Of a stretch of 64,000 nucleotides of DNA, positions 57,398 to 64,000 are shown piece by piece. The translations under genes and the position numbers were made by a program. The stretch's first letter is position 1. Each line of letters starts with the position of its first letter. This stretch comes from Candidatus Latescibacterota bacterium. Lineage in GTDB: Bacteria; Krumholzibacteriota; Krumholzibacteriia; WVZY01. Where the stretch lies: the NCBI GenBank assembly GCA_020352495.1, contig CP070677.1, positions 2,577,501-2,641,500 of the forward strand. The letters run 5' to 3'. The notes under the pieces are model-generated. The model had not been told where the DNA came from. It saw nothing but the letters and a program-made list of their open reading frames with translations, and did no database searches.

Positions 57398-59059
57398 CTA
57401 TTCGAAAAGAGGGGGATGTTGTTCGTTGAAGTCGGTTGCCTCCTGGTACATCCTGGCAACCGCCATGAGCGTCCCCTCGTCATATAGTCCCCCTATGAAC
57501 GAGATACTCACGGGACTTCCCTCTTCATTGAAACCGTTTGGCAGTACGACGCACGGGTGACCCGTGAGGTTTGTCAGCAGGAGATTGTCACCGCCAAATG
57601 ACGGGGCGACGTACACGTCCACTTGATCAAACAGCCGTGCCATGTCCTGGATGATCATGTGACGGATCCGATTTGCCTGAACGTACTCCACCGCGGGGAT
57701 AAAACGCGAAGATCGGAACACATTCGGCCATGCGTTTTTGATTTGACGGACCATAAGGTCGTCCCGATTCGATCTGGTGAGATCGTCGAACGCAGCCGCC
57801 GCTTCCGCGCTGAGCACAAACGCGAGCGATCCGACGGGATAGTCGGGAAGATCGATCGGAATCAGATCGACTCCAAGATCGGCCAGCTTATCCAGCGTTG
57901 CCCGATCCGTCTCTTTGAGCTCATAGTCTTCGTCGAACAGACTTTTTGTGTATCCGATTCTGATTTTCTTGAGATCGACATTCGAGTTATAGCCAAACGG
58001 CACATCGACAACCGTCTGATCCACACCATCGGGCCCAACGATGGCATCGAGCACAATCGCGCAGTCTTCCACCGTCCGGCAGATCGGCCCGATCTTATCC
58101 ATCGACCAGCTCAGCGCCATTGCTCCCGTCCGGCTAACCCGCCCGTATGTCGGACGAAGACCGGTTGTTCCACACCGCGTCGAGGGCGACACAATCGAGC
58201 CCCACGTCTCGGTGCCGACTGCAAAGGCGACCAGACCCGCAGCAGTGGCCGACGCCGAACCCGCTGAAGAGCCGCTCGAGCCCTGTTCGAGATTCCATGG
58301 ATTCAGTGTCTGCCCTCCAAACCACACATCTCCCCACGCCAGGGCGCCAAGCGAGAGTTTGGCCACCAGAACGGCACCGGCCTCTTCCAGCCTCTTGATC
58401 ACAGTCGCGTTCTCGTCGATCATTTGGTTCTTGTACGGCATCGCACCCCAAGTGGTCGTGTACCCCTTGACGGCAAGCAGGTCCTTGGCGCCGTACGGAA
58501 TCCCATGCAGGGGGCCGCGATACTTTCCAGCCGCGATTTCCTCATCGGCGAGCCGCGCCTGTTCCATCGCTAGATCTTCGGTCATCGTCACGACACACTT
58601 CAGCTTTGGACCATGTGTTTTGAGTCGCTCGATGTACACACGGGTGAGCTCTGTCGATGAGATTTTGCGCGTGCGTATCAGTTCCGAGAGGTCACGAACC
58701 GAATAAAACGCCAACTTTTCCATATCCTCTGGGACCTCGGTCCGCATTGGCAGGCTCAAGACGATCTCGTCCCCATCGATCCCAACACGTGCTCCAGCGG
58801 GTATCGGGTTAAATTGGATTGCCGGTGGTATGGGGTTCCCGATGGCAAGTGTCCGCAATTCCTTGTAACTCTCGAGATTTTCCACGAGGTCGTCGATCAT
58901 GGAATCCCTTTCCACCTGCGTGAACTGGAGACCGATTAGCTTTTCGGCCTCTGCAACCGTCGACGTCGTAATCGCCGCCCTGTCGCACGTCATTCCAAGA
59001 ATGAAAAAGACGACGCCTGTCACAACGAAAAGAGTCCCTCTTTTCCAGTGTTTGATCAT
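57398..59059 (-). CDS. amidase (amidase-signature family) with N-terminal membrane anchor/signal
   Basis: AS-family Gly/Ser-rich motif GGQTLNPWNLEQGSSGSSAGSASATAAGLVAFAVGTETWGSIVSPS. Catalytic K...S...S spacing consistent. Start MIKHWKRGTLFVVTG with RBS aggagcg. Confidence 0.85.
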   Translation of the reverse strand: MIKHWKRGTLFVVTGVVFFILGMTCDRAAITTSTVAEAEKLIGLQFTQVERDSMIDDLVENLESYKELRTLAIGNPIPPAIQFNPIPAGARVGIDGDEIVLSLPMRTEVPEDMEKLAFYSVRDLSELIRTRKISSTELTRVYIERLKTHGPKLKCVVTMTEDLAMEQARLADEEIAAGKYRGPLHGIPYGAKDLLAVKGYTTTWGAMPYKNQMIDENATVIKRLEEAGAVLVAKLSLGALAWGDVWFGGQTLNPWNLEQGSSGSSAGSASATAAGLVAFAVGTETWGSIVSPSTRCGTTGLRPTYGRVSRTGAMALSWSMDKIGPICRTVEDCAIVLDAIVGPDGVDQTVVDVPFGYNSNVDLKKIRIGYTKSLFDEDYELKETDRATLDKLADLGVDLIPIDLPDYPVGSLAFVLSAEAAAAFDDLTRSNRDDLMVRQIKNAWPNVFRSSRFIPAVEYVQANRIRHMIIQDMARLFDQVDVYVAPSFGGDNLLLTNLTGHPCVVLPNGFNEEGSPVSISFIGGLYDEGTLMAVARMYQEATDFNEQHPPLFE

Positions 59060-59194
59060 GGATCGCTCCTTATCCGTTTGTCGGTGAGAATCCGCGTTAC
59101 AAATAAGGTTATAGATCGTGTATTCTACCACAGGTGGTCGCATGTTCGGGATACCCATCCTTGATTCTCCGAGGAGCCTTTTTCAGGAGTCGAT

Positions 59195-60154
59195 ATGCCG
59201 CACGCGAATCGGAGGCTGACGGGATTTCTCGTCGTTCTTATCCTCGTCATCGCCGTTTTATTTGTAGGATCCCACATCTACCGCAACCGCGATCACCGGG
59301 AGCATTTCCTGGAAAAAAAGGGGGAGTTGGTGCGGATCACCGACTCGCTCATGACAGACACGGGCGATCATTTGCTCTTCGACGTGGAGCTCGAGAATGC
59401 AGAAGGAATCCGCCTAGCGGCGCTGCTCAAAGTCCCAAAACCCACGTCGGACCCAGGTGTCGCCTACCCGGTCATCGTCATGCTCGCCGGTCTTAGAACC
59501 GGCAAAAAAAGTCTCGAGTTTGTCAAGGACCCTGGCAATGTCATTTTGTTCGCCCTCGACTATCCATATGAGGGCAAGGTCAGCAAGCTCGGGTGGTGGG
59601 AATTCATCGTCCGCCTCCCCGCGATGCGTCGCGCGGTACTCAATACTGTGCCTGCCGTTATGCTCGGTGTCGACTATCTGTGCCAAAGAAACGATGTCGA
59701 TCAGACACGAATCATTCTCGCCGGGGGCAGCATCGGCGCCTTGTTCGCACCCGCGGTGGGGGCTGCGGACAACAGGATTGCCGCCGTTGCGTTGCTCTTT
59801 GGGGCAGGAGATCTCGAGGCAATATTCGAAGCGAACATGAATTTGCCCGTTGGGTTGGGTGGCCCCGCAGCATGGCTCTGCGGATTGATTACTTCCCCGG
59901 TCGAGCCATTGAAGTATATCGAAAGAATCTCCCCACGACCGTTATTGATGATCAACGGCTCCGATGATCCGAAGTTGCCCGAGAGGTGCATAAAGGGTCT
60001 GTACGAGAGGGCACGCCAGCCAAAAACAATTCGGTGGTTTCCCACCGGTCACGTGGATATACGATCCACGGAATTTCACGAGAAGATCAGAGAGGAACTC
60101 GTGCTCTGGCTTGGCGAAAACGATCTCGTGGAAGCTGATGCGTCTCGGCCTTGA
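59195..60154 (+). CDS. membrane-anchored alpha/beta hydrolase (dienelactone hydrolase/peptidase S9-like)
   Basis: N-terminal TM helix. Nucleophile-elbow-like GGSIGAL. Conserved C-terminal Asp/His region (GSDDP...TGHVD). Confidence 0.6.
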   Translation: MPHANRRLTGFLVVLILVIAVLFVGSHIYRNRDHREHFLEKKGELVRITDSLMTDTGDHLLFDVELENAEGIRLAALLKVPKPTSDPGVAYPVIVMLAGLRTGKKSLEFVKDPGNVILFALDYPYEGKVSKLGWWEFIVRLPAMRRAVLNTVPAVMLGVDYLCQRNDVDQTRIILAGGSIGALFAPAVGAADNRIAAVALLFGAGDLEAIFEANMNLPVGLGGPAAWLCGLITSPVEPLKYIERISPRPLLMINGSDDPKLPERCIKGLYERARQPKTIRWFPTGHVDIRSTEFHEKIREELVLWLGENDLVEADASRP

Positions 60155-60251
60155 ACCGCTGCGTCGATACGCCGTAAACCGTAACCTAAGACGATGAGTC
60201 CTCCGACCATGGCCACGGTTTGGTTTTCGCGTGGGCTCAAACCGGTCTCCG

Positions 60252-60854
60252 CTACGCCTCCTTTGCGCGGCGGATCGCCTTGATCTCGGAGAGAATCTCA
60301 CCCAACACGGCGGCCGAACGTCCCGCCGGTTCATCGTCTGTCTCGGCGGCCGTCGGCGCCATCCCGCTACGAAACCGCCGAAGTTCGTCGGCCACGATCT
60401 CATACACCTCCTGATGGTTTGGGAGACCGACCAATGATTCCTCGGCGCCCTTCGCACCGCTCATGCCTGCCGTTTGAATGTTGAGTGTTCCGATTCCAAA
60501 GAACCACCGGTCGAAGATGTCGCGTTTAACGGCGATGTTGGTGACGGTTCGGTACGGGACGTGTTTCACCGATTTGACGAAAATACCAACACGAACGATC
60601 ACTTCGTCATTTTGAATCTCGTAGCTGAGGCTCCGGTAATACGGCCCCACCAACAAGATCGCCACGAGCCACCAAGCGGTGTTGACGATAACCAAAACCG
60701 TGGCGACGATCCCACCCTCACGGCCCCCCTCCTCGAGACTAATCAGCCACCCCATCAGCAGGGCCGCCACGCCAATCGCCGTTGCTAGAAGTGTTACGTT
60801 GAGAGCCAACTTTCCCAGGTATTGGCCGCTGGGTCTGAAAATACGTGTTTCCAT
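60252..60854 (-). CDS. bacterial PH-domain (bPH_2/YdbT-like, DUF304) membrane protein
   Basis: Start METRIFRPSG. Two TM helices followed by a PH-like domain (YEIQNDEVIVRVGIFVKSVKHVPYRTVTNIAVKRDIFDRWFFGIGTLNIQTAG). Confidence 0.6.
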   Translation of the reverse strand: METRIFRPSGQYLGKLALNVTLLATAIGVAALLMGWLISLEEGGREGGIVATVLVIVNTAWWLVAILLVGPYYRSLSYEIQNDEVIVRVGIFVKSVKHVPYRTVTNIAVKRDIFDRWFFGIGTLNIQTAGMSGAKGAEESLVGLPNHQEVYEIVADELRRFRSGMAPTAAETDDEPAGRSAAVLGEILSEIKAIRRAKEA

Positions 60855-61211
60855 GTTTTTGCCTCCCACGGCGACGTGTCTTCTTGCATTCAAAGCATCC
60901 GGCACGTCGGCGCCGTGCCAGTGCCAGATGGGAAAGGATACGCACAAACGCCCACAGGCGTCACGACGAGATCCTCTTCTCTATTCGTCTCGATCTGCCA
61001 ATCTCCGATTGTCAATACCCGGATGACGGTCGGAATATTCAACACCGAAAACGACAACAACCACAATGCGTTAGGACTACACTCCAACCGGTGAGCCACG
61101 ATCGCGGAAATGCCCTTCTCTTTTTCCTTGAAATTGCGTAACTTCCTTCCTACGTTTCTATCTCAACTGTGGGCCATTTTCTCGATACCTCAAGACTCGT
61201 CCAACTAGCTG

Positions 61212-61925
61212 ATGACAACAAACGGGCGCAATTGGTTTTACTTCGCACTGAGCGCCGGGGTGATTGCGGTTTGCTCGGTGGCTCTAATATGGATGTTTCC
61301 CGGGACCCGCGGTATCTTGTGGCTCGCTCTCTACTCGATCCCCGCCCACATGTTTATTTCCCCGTTTTCACATGAGGCGGTCCTCCTCTACTATGCCAAA
61401 TTTACCGCCGCTCATTGGTGCGCCATCGCCTCGCTCATCGGATGTCTGATCGCGGGTTTGTGGGACTACTGGCTGTTCATCCCCCTCATCCACCACCCAC
61501 GGGTCCGCTCCAAATACGCAAGAACGGGATTGTACAAAAAATCGGTCAGATTGTTTCGCAAGTGGCCGTTCTGGGCGTTGGTCATCTTTGGCCTCACACC
61601 GATTCCCTTTTACCCCATCAAGTTTCTGGCGATCGCAGACCACTATCCAATGAGGCGATACCTTCTGGCCCTCATTGTAGGACGCACACCGCGCTTCTAC
61701 GTTCTGGCTTTCCTGGGGTACGTCTTCAAACTGCCAAACTGGAGCTTGGTCGTGCTGGCCCTGATCATCCTCATCGTGACGATCGTCAAGAACCGTCAGG
61801 GAGAAAAGGGCAACGGAGATATCGAGCGAGAGACCGACTTTGCTGACGGGGTCATCGAGGTTTGCGCTGCGCCTAGCGCTTCTGAAGTTCACGCGAAATC
61901 CACAACGTCCGGTAGATCGACGTAG
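61212..61925 (+). CDS. DedA/YqaA-like (VTT-domain) membrane protein
   Basis: About 5-6 TM helices. 'LALYSIPAHMFISPFSHEAVLLYYA' matches the YqaA short DedA-family pattern. The 3' end overlaps the convergent CDP-alcohol phosphatidyltransferase gene, so the exact stop is uncertain. Confidence 0.45.
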   Translation: MTTNGRNWFYFALSAGVIAVCSVALIWMFPGTRGILWLALYSIPAHMFISPFSHEAVLLYYAKFTAAHWCAIASLIGCLIAGLWDYWLFIPLIHHPRVRSKYARTGLYKKSVRLFRKWPFWALVIFGLTPIPFYPIKFLAIADHYPMRRYLLALIVGRTPRFYVLAFLGYVFKLPNWSLVVLALIILIVTIVKNRQGEKGNGDIERETDFADGVIEVCAAPSASEVHAKSTTSGRST

Positions 61926-62610
61926 CAACCGTTCCCACCGCAATCACCACGACAACGATCAGCAACACAAAGCCCGTATCGCGGCCCAAAGCGGCTGACA
62001 CGGTGGGGTCGAGGATGCCACCGACTCCCAGAAGCAACATCCGTTCAGCGCGCTGCATCAAACCTTTTTTGCACAGCACCCCGAGACTTTCACCCCGCGC
62101 CCGCGTGTAGCTCACCATCATCGATCCGCCGAATGCCAAGAGGACCGCCACAGCGCGAATTCCGGATCCAAAGAACAACGTCATGCCAATAAACGCGGCA
62201 AACTCGCTAAACCGATCGAGCGTCGAATCGAGAAACGCTCCGCTTTTGTTGGCCAATCCTCGTCCCCGGGCAACCTCTCCGTCCATGACGTCGGCAAACC
62301 CACTGAGAAGAATCATCCAGCCCGCCGTCGGAAGCTGACCCCTGGCGAAAAACACGAGGCTTCCCAAGCCAAATACAACGGCGAGTATGTTATAAAACAA
62401 CGGCGACAAACGGAGCGCCAACGAAACCCGAATCACCGGCCGAATAAACCAGTAAAACCAGTTTCGGACCCAGAAACCGAGAACAAAGGATCCTCCCCGA
62501 CCGGTTTTGTCCTGCGCGCCACTTCGCCCCTCGGGGATCGCACGGTAGACGACCATCGTAAGCGCCACGAGTCCCAGCGCTCCCACAAAAAACGACAGTT
62601 CGGCTCTCAT
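61873..62610 (-). CDS. CDP-alcohol phosphatidyltransferase family protein
   Basis: Catalytic motif D-x2-DG-x2-AR...G...D-x3-D (FADVMDGEVARGRGLANKSGAFLDSTLDR). Polytopic membrane protein. Confidence 0.8.
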   Translation of the reverse strand: MRAELSFFVGALGLVALTMVVYRAIPEGRSGAQDKTGRGGSFVLGFWVRNWFYWFIRPVIRVSLALRLSPLFYNILAVVFGLGSLVFFARGQLPTAGWMILLSGFADVMDGEVARGRGLANKSGAFLDSTLDRFSEFAAFIGMTLFFGSGIRAVAVLLAFGGSMMVSYTRARGESLGVLCKKGLMQRAERMLLLGVGGILDPTVSAALGRDTGFVLLIVVVVIAVGTVATSIYRTLWISRELQKR

Positions 62611-63705
62611 ATTGGATTTCCGTTACTGCTGGGTTTGTCCTCGCCCGCTGGTCGCGAGCGCTTCCTCCGAGGCCGCATGGCGTTCAGCACCTTGAACAGC
62701 TTGGGCCACAAAAGAAGGGCCGGCAAACGGCGCTCCGCCTTTGTGAGTTCCAGGTGGACCCCGGTCCGCCGTTCGGCCTTTCGTGCGATATAGTCGAGCC
62801 AGTCTTCAAAGGTGAGCATATACTTGGCCCAACGAAGGGTCGCACGAACCTTCGACTTGGCAAAAAACACACGCCAGTACAACCGGTCGGAGATCCCGGG
62901 CGGCTTGGTCAGACAGTAACCCCCATCGATCCGGCGAAGCCGCCCCTCCCCGACTGCCTCCTCGAGGATTCGTCCGTACATCAGCGTAAAGTACGACCTT
63001 TGGGCGTCGAAAACTTCACGCACCCGAGCCTGCGATTCCGGACGGATCTCGCCGGCGTAGGACACATCGAGCATCCGGAGACAGAACTCGAGGACGGTGA
63101 ATCTCTCCGGAAGATATACGGGGACCCATTCGACCGATACGCGGCGTGCGGTTTCGATTTCTTCCTCGATCTGTTCGCGTTCGCGGATGCTCCGGCTGTA
63201 CACGATCTGGAAGCGTTGCACGAGCCGCCCCCGGCAAAAGTGATCACGGGCATCCGGGGACAACGCTTTGCCAAAGTCCTCGCGACTTATCACAAAACAT
63301 TTTGCCCCGCCGCGCAGATCCCCCGGATCACGCAGATAAATGATGTTAGGGGGCATGATTCGATTCAACGCGGCCATGATGCTTGCCCGTCGAGCCGCGG
63401 GGAGCCTTATATGAATGTCCCTGTAGAAGGCCCAGTAGTCCTCGACAATCACAAAAAGATCCGCTGCGCTGTCGGCGGTCGGGGAAGTCCCCACAAGAAC
63501 CGACCCGAAAAAGACCACCGCCACCAGATTGGACCCACACGCCTCGGACAAAATGTCAAGACTCTCGCGGACCTGCGGGGCGATTTCGGGTTGCGGGCCA
63601 TGACCAGTACCCGCCCCCGCAGGATGAAGCTCCCGAACGACACCTGGCTTTTGCCGTTTCGAAGCGTCACGCCCCTTGTGTATCGGATCCGTCTCGTAGT
63701 CCGAC
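62607..63705 (-). CDS. Tam41/Mmp37-like nucleotidyltransferase (putative CdsA-independent phosphatidate cytidylyltransferase)
   Basis: Start MSDYETDP. NTase-fold pattern resembling Mmp37 (VAVVFFGSVLVG...DLFVIVEDYWAFYRDI...PPNIIYL...KCFVISREDFGKAL...GRLVQRFQIVY). 4-nt overlap with the downstream CDP-alcohol phosphatidyltransferase. Confidence 0.5.
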
Positions 63706-63718
63706 ATCTTTCCCACCC

Positions 63719-64000
63719 TCAACTGTCGGCGGTCGTTTTGTCAACCTGCCGTATTTCCTCCAGTTTTGTTCGCATGTGGCGTTCCATGCTATCGATAAAG
63801 GCATCCGCGCCATCGGCACCGTCAAACGCGAACGGTCCTACACTGTCGACCCTTATCCTCATCGAGCTCACGTTTCGAATAAATCCACCGACGCTGGTCG
63901 ATTGCCAAAGCCCATCCAAAACCACGACGTATACCGACCACTCACGCGCGCCGAGAATCGCTTTGAGCCCCCCCGTTCGGAATGGTCTGATCCCGCCATC
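63719..64000 (-). CDS. partial CDS (C-terminal part), possibly lysophospholipid acyltransferase-like; N-terminus beyond window
   Basis: The ORF continues off the window end (...PFRTGGLKAILGAREWSVYVVVLDGLW...). Genomic context is phospholipid biosynthesis. No confident family assignment. Confidence 0.3.
   Translation of the reverse strand, partial: DGGIRPFRTGGLKAILGAREWSVYVVVLDGLWQSTSVGGFIRNVSSMRIRVDSVGPFAFDGADGADAFIDSMERHMRTKLEEIRQVDKTTADS

Noticed and set aside
57623-58706. Plus-strand ORFs 57623..58267 and 58041..58706 inside the amidase gene
   Set aside because: Antisense to an amidase-signature gene. Compositionally biased translations.
1-64000. CRISPR arrays, IS elements, integrases, prophage genes
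   Set aside because: I saw no short direct-repeat arrays, transposase/integrase-like ORFs or terminal inverted repeats. The window appears to be core chromosome with a few accessory-like secreted-protein loci.

Overview
High-GC (~60%) bacterial chromosomal segment. Lipobox lipoproteins, outer-membrane/RND components and a TIGR04183-like T9SS C-terminal sorting domain suggest a Gram-negative organism, probably an FCB-superphylum or candidate-phylum lineage. No rRNA, tRNA, CRISPR or mobile elements were seen. The window is densely coding, about 50 genes. Recognisable content: an RND efflux locus (adaptor plus two tandem permeases); central metabolism (citrate synthase, ATP-PEPCK, a class I/II aminotransferase, acyl-CoA synthetase); Fe-S/stress genes (NfuA-like, two YjbQ paralogs, an OsmC-hydrolase fusion); a tricorn-type S41 protease; a Ser/Thr kinase-TPR protein; an amidase and a CocE/NonD hydrolase; and a phospholipid module (Tam41/Mmp37-like nucleotidyltransferase, CDP-alcohol phosphatidyltransferase, partial acyltransferase-like gene). 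Most interesting is the molybdenum content. A translationally coupled Moco operon (mogA, moaA, moaC fused to a MOSC domain, mobA, mobB) is followed by a eukaryote-type MOT1-family molybdate transporter. Separately, a cytoplasmic bis-MGD molybdopterin oxidoreductase is fused in frame to a complete NifS/IscS-like cysteine desulfurase. Together the NifS and MOSC domains are the two halves of eukaryotic Moco sulfurase (MOCOS), here split and each fused to a different Mo-pathway protein. There is also a second Mo-oxidoreductase operon with a fused FeS/membrane subunit. Other novelty candidates: a tandemly duplicated 100-aa gene with near-identical strong promoters and conserved 5' leaders next to a PadR regulator sharing an ATGATATACT motif; a family of Cys-rich secreted proteins ending in a shared C-terminal 'SxWGxIKxIYxE' tag; and an OMP plus twin-lipoprotein operon.
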